A model generated the notes under the pieces. That model was not told the origin of the DNA. It worked only from the letters and a program-made list of their open reading frames with translations, and searched no databases. Shown here piece by piece: positions 19,586-27,809 of a DNA stretch of 64,000 bases. A program made the position numbers and the translations under genes. Source of the stretch: an uncultured bacterium (GTDB lineage Bacteria > Krumholzibacteriota > Krumholzibacteriia > Krumholzibacteriales > Krumholzibacteriaceae); NCBI GenBank assembly GCA_963813815.1, contig CAWFAD010000012.1, forward strand, positions 58,142 through 122,141. Direction: 5' to 3'. The first letter of the stretch is position 1, and every line of letters begins with the position of its first letter.

Positions 19586-20394
19586 CCTCGCCGCCGGCTT
19601 CATGGTCGCCGGGGTCGCGACCGTCTTTTACCGTCGCCGGCTCACCGGCGTCCGGCTCGCCGCCGAGCTCAGGGCGGCGCACAAGGCGCAGATGTCGATC
19701 ATGCCCCAGTCGGATCCGGCGATCGAGGGGTTCGAAATCTCCGGAACCTGCATCCCCGCCTACGAGGTCGGAGGCGATTTCTACGATTACTTCTGGCTCG
19801 GGAAGGATCGCCGCCGCTTCGGCATCGCCGTCGGCGACGTCGCGGGGAAGGCCATGAACGCCGCGATGATATCGGTCATGTCGAGCGGCATGCTCTCCTC
19901 GAAGGTCGATAACGCCGTTTCGGTCGCCGGCCTCATGCGCGACCTCAACGGGCCGCTCTTCAACAAGACCGACGATTACGTGTTCACGGCGCTCTGTCTT
20001 CTCTCGCTCGACGCCGGAGCGAAATCTGGCGTCTTACAGCGTCGCCGGATTCAACAACCCCATTCTCAAATCCCGCGCGGGCGTGCGTTCGCTCCCCGGA
20101 CGGGGACCGCAGTTCCCCCTCGGGAGCCTCGAGAACATCGCCTACGAGGAGACGGCCCTGCGGCTCGAACGTGGAGACGTTCTCCTTGTGTTTTCGGACG
20201 GACTCATCGAGGAGCGGAACAAGGCGGGCGAATTCTTCGGCCTCGAGCGCCTGCGCGCGCTTCTCGAGACCCTCGACACGGCGGGCATGACGGCGCGCGG
20301 GATCAAGGAGTCGATCGTCTCGGAGGTGCTCGCCTTCGCCGGAAAGCGGCGCCATGACGACGACATCACGCTCGTCGTCGTGAAGGCCGCCTAA
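19586..20394 (+). pseudogene. PP2C-family (SpoIIE/RsbU-like) Ser/Thr phosphatase domain. The 5' end is truncated by the insertion and there is a +1 frameshift near 20030. It is probably the C-terminal part of the upstream sensor gene
   Basis: Frame of ORF 19419..20357 reads LAAGFMVAGVATVFYRRRL (a TM helix) then AELRAAHKAQMSIMPQSD ... GGDFYDYFWL ... GIAVGDVAGKAMNAAM. It then shifts into ORF 20083..20394, which reads SYSVAGFNNPILKSRAGVRSLPGRG ... VLLVFSDGLIEERN ... DDITLVVVKAA. Confidence 0.6.
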
Positions 20395-21158
20395 GACGCT
20401 TTCTTGATCGCGCGGACGATGACGCTTTCGGCGGGGCTCCGCGGAGCCCCCTGAAACGGATACGGAACCTCTTCGATCACCCGGACATCCTCGAATCCCG
20501 CCCCGCGGATGAGCGCGAGATAATCGTTCTTGAGCGACGCGTTCGCGATGCAGCCGACGAGAAGCTCTTCGGATTCGCGCAGCTCCTCCGGCAGTGGCTC
20601 GAGAAGAACGATATCGGAGACGACGAGACGTCCGCCGGGCCGGAGCACCCGCAGCGCTTCGTCGAAAACCCGCGCCTTGTCCGGCGAAAGATTCACGACG
20701 CAGTTCGAGATGACGATATCGACCGAGGCGTCCGCCGCGGGCAGGTTCTCGATCTCCCCGAGCCTGAACTCGACGTTGTCGAGGCGGCCGTCCGACGCCG
20801 CGCGACGGGCCCGGTCGATCATTTCGGGTGTCATATCGACGCCGATGACGCGGCCCGACGGACCCACCGCCTTCGCGGCTATGAAGCAGTCGAGCCCCGG
20901 CCCCGAGCCGAGGTCGAGGACGGTCTCCCCCTTCCGTGGCTTCGCGTGCGCGATCGGGTTGCCGCAGGAGAGACCGGCGATGGGGACTCCGGGCGCGCCC
21001 GCGAGATCCCCCGCCGCGTACCCCATCCCCTCGAAGAACGACTCCGCCGACTCGTTCCCTCCGCAGCACGAGCTACCGCCCGGCCTGCACGAGCAGGAGG
21101 TGCGGGCTATTTTCGCGTACCCTTCCCGAACCGTCTTTCTCATCCGATCCTTTTCCAT
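20391..21158 (-). CDS. arsM: Arsenite S-adenosylmethionine methyltransferase
   Basis: The 255 aa protein has VREGYAKIA, the conserved Cys residues (CSC ... CC ... GCG), the SAM-binding LDLGSGPGLDCFIAAKAVG motif and RLVVSDIVL. Confidence 0.8.
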   Translation of the reverse strand: MEKDRMRKTVREGYAKIARTSCSCRPGGSSCCGGNESAESFFEGMGYAAGDLAGAPGVPIAGLSCGNPIAHAKPRKGETVLDLGSGPGLDCFIAAKAVGPSGRVIGVDMTPEMIDRARRAASDGRLDNVEFRLGEIENLPAADASVDIVISNCVVNLSPDKARVFDEALRVLRPGGRLVVSDIVLLEPLPEELRESEELLVGCIANASLKNDYLALIRGAGFEDVRVIEEVPYPFQGAPRSPAESVIVRAIKKAS

Positions 21159-21198
21159 AGCGCCTCCTTGACGCCCCGCCGTGCGGCGCGCCGCCCGA

Positions 21199-21579
21199 CT
21201 ATGCGCCGCAACCGTGACCGTGTCCGTGGTGCCCGCACGAGTTGTCCGCGGTGAGCTCCTCGAGCGCTCCCCTCTTCAACGCCTCGACGTTGTCGCGGAC
21301 CGTGCCGGGCATCGAGCGGTACACGCGAATCCCCGCGTCGTTCAGCCGCTCGACCGCCCGCGCGCCGATCCCGCCAACGATGATCGCTTCGACATTCGCG
21401 CCTTCGAGCCCCTGCAGCGGCCGGCACGCGCCGTGGGCGTGGTGCTGGTCGCCGTTATCGACGACGCGCGACTCGCCGGAATCTCCGTCGACGATCAGGA
21501 ACCGCTCGGCCGAGCCGAAATGCCCGTAGGGCTCCCCTTCCATGCCGCGCACGTCGTTCACCGGAATGCAGATCCGCAT
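21199..21579 (-). CDS. Dinitrogenase FeMo-cofactor-binding domain protein (NifX/NafY/NifB-C-terminal-like) with a His/Cys-rich C-terminal tail
   Basis: The 126 aa protein reads MRICIPVNDVRG ... HFGSAERFLIVD ... AIIVGGIGARAVERLNDAGIRVY, matching the Nitro_FeMo-Co family. The C-terminus is CGHHGHGHGCGA. Confidence 0.7.
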   Translation of the reverse strand: MRICIPVNDVRGMEGEPYGHFGSAERFLIVDGDSGESRVVDNGDQHHAHGACRPLQGLEGANVEAIIVGGIGARAVERLNDAGIRVYRSMPGTVRDNVEALKRGALEELTADNSCGHHGHGHGCGA

Positions 21580-21589
21580 CGTGTTTCTC

Positions 21590-21967
21590 CTATTCGTTTT
21601 TGCCGAGGTCCAGCATTTCCTTCATCATGGGGCCGAGCATCGCTCGCACGCCGCCGGCGAGGCTCTCGGCCTTGACGAGCGTGAGGCAGCACGTCTTTCC
21701 GCGCCCCCCGCGCCCACCGTGCCCGCCGTGGAAGATGATGGCGAGCTTTTCCCCCGCGCCGATTCCGGCGCGCTCCCGCACGTCCTTCGGCAGGACGACT
21801 TGGCCGCGCTCGTCGACCGACACGACGGCCTCTATCCGGCAGCAGCCCCCGAGGGCTCCCCGGCCACCCCCGCGCATCCCTCTCTGCCCGCAGCAGCCGT
21901 CCCCGCCGATTCCAGATCGCTTTCCGCTCACGTAGCCTCCTTCATGTTCGGCGCACACGGACGCCAT
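21590..21967 (-). CDS. Small Cys/Gly-rich protein with a SpoVT/AbrB-like (MazE-like swapped-hairpin) DNA-binding segment. It may be a metal(loid)-responsive regulator
   Basis: The segment EAVVSVDERGQVVLPKDVRERAGIGAGEKLAIIF resembles AbrB/MazE domains. It is flanked by CC pairs (DGCCGQ, GGCCR, TCCL). The start is uncertain and may be the internal Met near 21877. The high-GC low-complexity N-terminus lowers confidence. Confidence 0.35.
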   Translation of the reverse strand: MASVCAEHEGGYVSGKRSGIGGDGCCGQRGMRGGGRGALGGCCRIEAVVSVDERGQVVLPKDVRERAGIGAGEKLAIIFHGGHGGRGGRGKTCCLTLVKAESLAGGVRAMLGPMMKEMLDLGKNE

Positions 21968-22279
21968 AAACGCACAATATTCAGAATATTATGATTTATC
22001 TGATTTGTCAATGGTCAATGATTGAGCGTTATCCCTCGCCGCGGGAATCATAACGCGGATGCGCGGCTCCGCCGTAGCTCTCTCAAAGGCATGGCATTCG
22101 ACGCAATTATTCCATCAATAGATATTTATGATGACTTTAACTCTAGCTTATGCTACCCTAGCTGTGACTGGGGGATTCTTAATTCATTTCTAAATGGGTC
22201 TAGCCGTATTGAGGGAACTCTTTCCGAAACCTCAATCCGCCTTCCGCGGGTTGAGTGGTTATCCAAGGGGGGATCGTTG

Positions 22280-25200
22280 ATGAAAAAGGTGTTAGCCCTC
22301 GTGATCGGCGTCGGCCTCATTGCCCTGCTCATCGGCTCGGTCGCAGCCCGCGAAATTGCGAATCCCGGCAAGCGTCCCGTGAGAGATTGGTCGAGCGATG
22401 AGTCGCTCGATCTCGTCGATCCGGGTCTGCGCGGCCTCTACGAGACCGCCGCCGCGGATACGTACTGCATGGTCTGGTACACCTTTGAGACCAACAACTG
22501 GATGGGTTGGACCCCGATCGACAACACGGCTCAGGTGGATACGTTTTTCCACGTGGACGACTTCGCCGGCCTCGGCACCTCCTGGACTCCGCTCGAGGGC
22601 TTGAAGTCGATGTGGTGCGGAGCCGAAGAGGACCTTGATGATCCGTACATGTGCTCGTGGGAGTACGCCCCTGGCTACGGCAACTACTGGAACCAGATGC
22701 TGACGAGCGATCCGTTCGCCTTCCAAGGCACGATCAGCTTCACGTATACGATCAGGTGGGATTCGGAGCCCGGATACGATTACACTCGGATCGAGTACGA
22801 CGCTGGCGGCGGCAGCTGGGTGGAGCTTGCTGAGTTCGACGACCTCGGCGACAGCACGGGAACCGTTCTCGTGTACACGACGCAGGCTCGGACGAAGCTT
22901 CGCTTCCACTTCACGGCCGACGGCGCCTGGAGCGATCAGGACGGCCTGTGGAACACGAACGGCGCGTGCGTCGTCGACGCTCTGCGCATTCAGGACGCCG
23001 CGACGCTCAACCTGTACGAGAACTTCGAGACCGCGGCCGTCGACGCGAAAGACGCGGGGATCTGGCACGCGCGTCCGGAGACTCCATACGGCAGCTTCGC
23101 CGGCCTGTACACCGGCCTGACCGACAAGGATCCGTGCGGCGACAACTTCGGCACGCAGGTCGTGTTCTTCGTCGGGTCGAGCGAGATCAGCACGAGCTAC
23201 CCGGGTCTCTTCGACACTCCGTTCTGCACGGGCCCCGGCGGCACCAGCGCACCGTGCCAGGATGAGGGCATCGTGTCTCCGATCATCGACATGACGATGT
23301 ACTCGACGCTCTGCAACAACGTTCAGGACGGCACCATCCCGTCTACCGATCTGAACCTGCTCGGAGGCGCCATTCTCCGGTTCACCTCGTACCGCGATCT
23401 GCCGCTCTCGAACCTCGTGTTCTACACGTGGTCCGTCCGGTCGATCATCGACGGGTGCCCCGGCCAGTGGGTGGACGATAACTTCGTTTACTACGGCGCC
23501 GACATGGATTACATCTATGGAGGAGCCGGCGACGTGAGCAAGTTCATCGGCGGCAACGATCCGGTGCAGATCAGAATCGGTTGCACGGACATGTGCGACG
23601 CCTGGTACAACACGTACGGCAACTGCGCGGCGCACACTCCGTCGCCCTGGGTCGACAACGTGCGCCTGTACCGGTACAAAACCGCCGGTCCGCAGTGGGG
23701 ATCGCGCGACCTGGATTTCTTCCAGGACAACTTCCCCGAGGCTGAGTACAACATCGAGAGCTACGTCCGCTGCGACGCGGCGAACGACATCTTCGCGGGC
23801 GACAACCCGGTCATCCATCCGGGCGACTCGCTCGTGGTCGATTGCACGTCGATTATCGCGGACGGGCTCAAAGAGGACAACACCTTCGGCGGCGCCTCCG
23901 TGTACATCAACGTGAGAGCCAGCTACATCGGCCCCGCGCCGACGAAACCGGCTCTCAGCGGCGCCGCGCTCGCCGGATCGGTTCTCGTCAACGACGATCC
24001 GGAGACGTACGTGAACTTCAACTACGTGAGCACGAGCGGTGCCTGGACGAAGATTCAGTGCGACACCGCCCGGACGGGCGCCGGCATCGTCGACGGCAAG
24101 TACATGGTCGACCTCAACGACGAGCTCTTCACCCGCGGCTACAAGATCGACTACTACTTCACGGCCACGGACAAGAAGAACGTCACTTCGGCGTACCCGC
24201 GCTACTCGCGCTCGGGCCCGCCGTACTTCGAGTGGACCTGTCTCCCGACGCTCAACACCGACGTGCTCTTCGTAGATGACGGCTACGTCGAGCTGTACTG
24301 GCTGCCGGTCTTCGACGCCGTGCTGGCTCTGCCGGACGCCAAGATCGACATCTACGACGTGAACGCCCCGAGCTCGGGCGTCTCCAACGGTCCGGGAAGC
24401 CGTGCGAAGAACTACCAGCTGAGAAGCACGTACGAGACGATCGTGTGGGATTGCGGCGCCTACGAGTCCGTGACGATCAGCGAGGGCACGGCCCACAGCG
24501 ACAAGTCGAACGACTGCCAGATGCTCGTCGACTGGATGAGCCTCTCGGAGCACCAGTGCGGCCTCTGGGTCTGCGGCGACGACATCGCCTTCGACCTGGA
24601 CGGCGCGGCCGGCGGCTCCGCGCTTCTCCTCATGAGCTCCTGGTGCGGCGTTGACTACGTCGCGACGAGCTACTTCGAAGAGACGGGCGGCCGGTTGAGC
24701 GGCGGCGTCGTGACGCCGCTTCTCACGGGCAACACCGACTCGGGCATCTTCGTTCACAGCGGCGTGCCCGACAAGCTGTACGCCTCCGGCGCCTGCTTCA
24801 TCATCAACCAGTTCGACTGCCTCGAGAAGACGGCCGGCGGCAAGTACGCTCTGAGCTACCCTGCGTATCTCGGAACGAACTACTACGGCGCCATCTCGAA
24901 GGCGACCACGAACACGAGCGGGTTCCCGGTCCGCACCATGTGGTTCGGATTCAGCTACGCGTTTGTTCGTGACGACGTCAACACGGCTCCGATGGACAAG
25001 TTCGAGATCGCGAACGACGTTCTCGTCTGGATGCAGAACGAGACGAACCTCGTGATTTCGGGCAACGAGACTCCGTCGGCCTACGCGCTCGCGCAGAACT
25101 TCCCGAACCCCTTCAACCCGTCGACGACCATCCGGATCGACATGCGGGAGAAGGGCTTTGTGACGTTGAAGATCTACAACGTCGCCGGGCAGCTCGTGCG

Positions 25201-25354
25201 CACGCTCGTTGACGGCGTGAAGGATGCGGGTTCCTACAACATCGCCTGGGACGGCATGAACGACCGTGGCGGCGCTGTGGCGAGCGGCATCTACTTCTAC
25301 AAGATGGAGACCAAGGACTTCAGCCAGACGAAGAAGATGGTCATGCTGCGGTAG
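22280..25354 (+). CDS. Large secreted protein (1024 aa) with a C-terminal T9SS (Por secretion) sorting domain
   Basis: A strong SD (AAGGGGGG) precedes the ATG at 22280. A signal peptide MKKVLALVIGVGLIALLIGSVAA follows. The C-terminus FPNPFNPSTTIRIDMREKGFVTLKIYNVAGQLVRTLVDGVKDAGSYNIAWDGMNDRGGAVASGIYFYKMETKDFSQTKKMVMLR matches the T9SS CTD (TIGR04183-like). The central domains are not assignable from sequence. Confidence 0.75.
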   Translation: MKKVLALVIGVGLIALLIGSVAAREIANPGKRPVRDWSSDESLDLVDPGLRGLYETAAADTYCMVWYTFETNNWMGWTPIDNTAQVDTFFHVDDFAGLGTSWTPLEGLKSMWCGAEEDLDDPYMCSWEYAPGYGNYWNQMLTSDPFAFQGTISFTYTIRWDSEPGYDYTRIEYDAGGGSWVELAEFDDLGDSTGTVLVYTTQARTKLRFHFTADGAWSDQDGLWNTNGACVVDALRIQDAATLNLYENFETAAVDAKDAGIWHARPETPYGSFAGLYTGLTDKDPCGDNFGTQVVFFVGSSEISTSYPGLFDTPFCTGPGGTSAPCQDEGIVSPIIDMTMYSTLCNNVQDGTIPSTDLNLLGGAILRFTSYRDLPLSNLVFYTWSVRSIIDGCPGQWVDDNFVYYGADMDYIYGGAGDVSKFIGGNDPVQIRIGCTDMCDAWYNTYGNCAAHTPSPWVDNVRLYRYKTAGPQWGSRDLDFFQDNFPEAEYNIESYVRCDAANDIFAGDNPVIHPGDSLVVDCTSIIADGLKEDNTFGGASVYINVRASYIGPAPTKPALSGAALAGSVLVNDDPETYVNFNYVSTSGAWTKIQCDTARTGAGIVDGKYMVDLNDELFTRGYKIDYYFTATDKKNVTSAYPRYSRSGPPYFEWTCLPTLNTDVLFVDDGYVELYWLPVFDAVLALPDAKIDIYDVNAPSSGVSNGPGSRAKNYQLRSTYETIVWDCGAYESVTISEGTAHSDKSNDCQMLVDWMSLSEHQCGLWVCGDDIAFDLDGAAGGSALLLMSSWCGVDYVATSYFEETGGRLSGGVVTPLLTGNTDSGIFVHSGVPDKLYASGACFIINQFDCLEKTAGGKYALSYPAYLGTNYYGAISKATTNTSGFPVRTMWFGFSYAFVRDDVNTAPMDKFEIANDVLVWMQNETNLVISGNETPSAYALAQNFPNPFNPSTTIRIDMREKGFVTLKIYNVAGQLVRTLVDGVKDAGSYNIAWDGMNDRGGAVASGIYFYKMETKDFSQTKKMVMLR

Positions 25355-25382
25355 CGGCAGACTCCGGCCATCGATACGCATG

Positions 25383-25415
25383 AAAACGGCAGCCCATTCA
25401 CTGGGCTGCCGTTTT
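25383..25415. terminator. Bidirectional rho-independent terminator hairpin between the convergent T9SS cargo gene and the kinase gene
   Basis: AAAACGGCAGCCC-attcact-GGGCTGCCGTTTT is a perfect 13 bp stem flanked by A and T runs. It overlaps the last codons of the kinase at 25398. Confidence 0.5.
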
Positions 25416-27773
25416 CACATCCGCTTCTGCTCCGGGGAAACCGATGCGGCTCAAAATCTCCCACCAGCGCGGATCGGAACGCAGGCTGTCGAAGTACGGC
25501 TCGCTGTTCATGGACATTATTTGTATTGAGCGCGCCTGCAACGACTTTCTCAGGCAGGCAAATGCATTATCCCTATCGCCGAGCCCTGCGTACACCATGG
25601 CGGCTCCGTAAGGGTCGACGAACGCCTCCGCGGACTCCTTCTCGTACTCACGGAGCTCACGGCGCGCGATCTCGCGCTTCCCGGCGACGGCGTACACGAA
25701 TCCCGTCTGGCCGTCGAAACGGCCGGAGTATTTCGTCTCCAGAGTGTCGCATTGGGCCAATGCCTCGTCGAACTTTCCCTGCGCCGCAAGGCTCGTGGCG
25801 AGAAATATTCGCGAGACGTCGGCCAGCGTCGCCTTCGGCTCCATGGCGATATGCCGCCGCAGAGTGGCGTTGGCGTCGTCGTATCGTTTCGCATAAAAAT
25901 ACGTCCATCCGAGAAAGCTGATCGAATAGGCGGAAGATGCGTCGAGCTCGCACTGACGCTGCGCGAGATCGAGAGCCTCGTCGGTTCTCAACGCGGCCGC
26001 GAGATAGAGGATATAGTTTTTGAGCACCGGGATACTGCTTGGATTGAGCTCCAGGGCCCGTTTGTATTCGGCGTCCGCCGTCGACCAATTCCATTCGAAG
26101 AGGAATTTCGCGAGGGCGAGCGCCCCATGCGCTTCCGCGGACCGCCCGTCGAGCTGCACCGCTTTCTCCGCCGCGCGCAGGGCGTCGGTCGCGATCTCCC
26201 CCGGCGCGGCCTGTCCGTAGACGCATAGCATGCTGAGCGCATCGGCAAGCCCGGCGTTCGCGGGAGCGAAAGCAGGATCTATCTCGATTGCCCGTTGAAA
26301 CAGATCCGCGGCGGCGCGGTTCTTGGCACCGAGCAGCTCCGCGATTCCCCTCAAGTAAGCTTCCATGGCCTCGGGATCGGAGGATCCGACGCCTGCAAGA
26401 ATTTGCCGCTGCTCCGGCGTGAGCTTCGCCTTGATCTCGCGGGCGATCGATTCGGCTATTTCGTTCATCACGATCAGCGCGTCCTGCAGATCCCGGCGAT
26501 AGCTGTTCTGCCAGATCACCCGGTCCCGTTGAGCGCTGTAGAGCTTCGCCGTTATGACCATCCTCCTTCCATCGACGGTCAGCTCCGCCTCGACGAGTCC
26601 CTTCGCTTTGCTTTTTCTGCCGATTTCCTTGAGAGACTCGGCGCTTGCTTCGAATCGCCTCATGGTTCGATTCGAAATGACATTTACGCCGATCGATCCG
26701 AGGCTCACCGCGAGGCGATCGGTGAGACTGGCAGCCAGAAACGCCTTGTCGGGATCCTCCGAGCGATACTCGATGGGCAGCACGCCGATCGAATCTATCC
26801 TTTCGACCTTCGGGGCGAGGAGCGCGAGGCTACCCACTATGATCCCCGAGATGACAACCGCAGCCGCCGCGATGACCGCCGCGCGCTGCCAGGGACGGGC
26901 GCGGCGCCAGACTCGCTTGAGCCCTTTCGCGGGCGCAGCCTTCCCGGCGGGAAGCGCCTCCCGGTCTTTGGCCAGCGCATCGAGGTCGGCAACGAGCTCC
27001 TCCGCCTTCTGATACCTCCGCGCCGGGTCCCTCGCCAGCGCCTTGGCGACGATCCCATCGAGACCGGCGGGGATATCTCCGCCCTCTTTCGCAAGCGACG
27101 GCGCATCCTCGTTCAGAATCGAATACAGCAGCGCCGCTTCGTAGTCCGCCCCAAACGGCATCCGCCCCGACACCATCTCGTACAGCACCACGCCCAACGC
27201 CCAGATGTCGCTTCGATGATCCGCCTCCCTCCCCTGCACCTGCTCCGGCGACATATAGGCCACCGTCCCCATCGTCGTCCCCGTCCGCGTGAGCTTCGTC
27301 GCGCCCGAGACCTTCGCCAAACCAAAGTCCATGAGCATCGGCCTGCCCTCGGCCGTCAGCATCACGTTCGCGGGCTTGATGTCTCGGTGAACGATGCCTT
27401 TGGCGTGGGCAGCGGCGAGGCCATCCCCGATCTGCCGGGCGATCGAGAGCGCCTCATCGAGGGGGAGCGCGCCTTCACCGATACGATCCTTGAGGCTCCG
27501 CCCCTCGATGTGAGCCATAGCAATGAATGTCCGGCCTTCCGCCTCGGCGATCTCGTAGACGGGGCAAATGTTGGGGTGAAGGAGCGCCGCGGCCGCCCGG
27601 GCCTCGTGCACGAGCCGGGCGCGGTCTTCATCGCGAGCTATAGAGTCAGGAGGAAGAAACTTGAGCGCCACGGTCCGGCCGAGGGTGAGATCTTCCGCCC
27701 GATAGACCACGCCCATCCCCCCCTCGCCGAGCTTCGAGAGAACGCGATAGTGTCCTATGGTCCGCCCGATCAT
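25398..27773 (-). CDS. Ser/Thr protein kinase with a TM segment and C-terminal TPR repeats (paralogue 1 of 3)
   Basis: The 791 aa protein begins MIGRTIGHYRVLSKLGEGGMGVVYRAEDLTLGRTVALK and carries HRDIKPANVML, DFGLAK and GTVAYMSPEQ. It has a TM helix AAVIAAAAVVISGIIVGSLALLA and a TPR-like C-terminal half. Confidence 0.85.
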   Translation of the reverse strand: MIGRTIGHYRVLSKLGEGGMGVVYRAEDLTLGRTVALKFLPPDSIARDEDRARLVHEARAAAALLHPNICPVYEIAEAEGRTFIAMAHIEGRSLKDRIGEGALPLDEALSIARQIGDGLAAAHAKGIVHRDIKPANVMLTAEGRPMLMDFGLAKVSGATKLTRTGTTMGTVAYMSPEQVQGREADHRSDIWALGVVLYEMVSGRMPFGADYEAALLYSILNEDAPSLAKEGGDIPAGLDGIVAKALARDPARRYQKAEELVADLDALAKDREALPAGKAAPAKGLKRVWRRARPWQRAAVIAAAAVVISGIIVGSLALLAPKVERIDSIGVLPIEYRSEDPDKAFLAASLTDRLAVSLGSIGVNVISNRTMRRFEASAESLKEIGRKSKAKGLVEAELTVDGRRMVITAKLYSAQRDRVIWQNSYRRDLQDALIVMNEIAESIAREIKAKLTPEQRQILAGVGSSDPEAMEAYLRGIAELLGAKNRAAADLFQRAIEIDPAFAPANAGLADALSMLCVYGQAAPGEIATDALRAAEKAVQLDGRSAEAHGALALAKFLFEWNWSTADAEYKRALELNPSSIPVLKNYILYLAAALRTDEALDLAQRQCELDASSAYSISFLGWTYFYAKRYDDANATLRRHIAMEPKATLADVSRIFLATSLAAQGKFDEALAQCDTLETKYSGRFDGQTGFVYAVAGKREIARRELREYEKESAEAFVDPYGAAMVYAGLGDRDNAFACLRKSLQARSIQIMSMNSEPYFDSLRSDPRWWEILSRIGFPGAEADVKTAAQ

Positions 27774-27809
27774 TTCGCTTGTCCCGCGGCAGAGTGATCG
27801 ATCGCCCTT

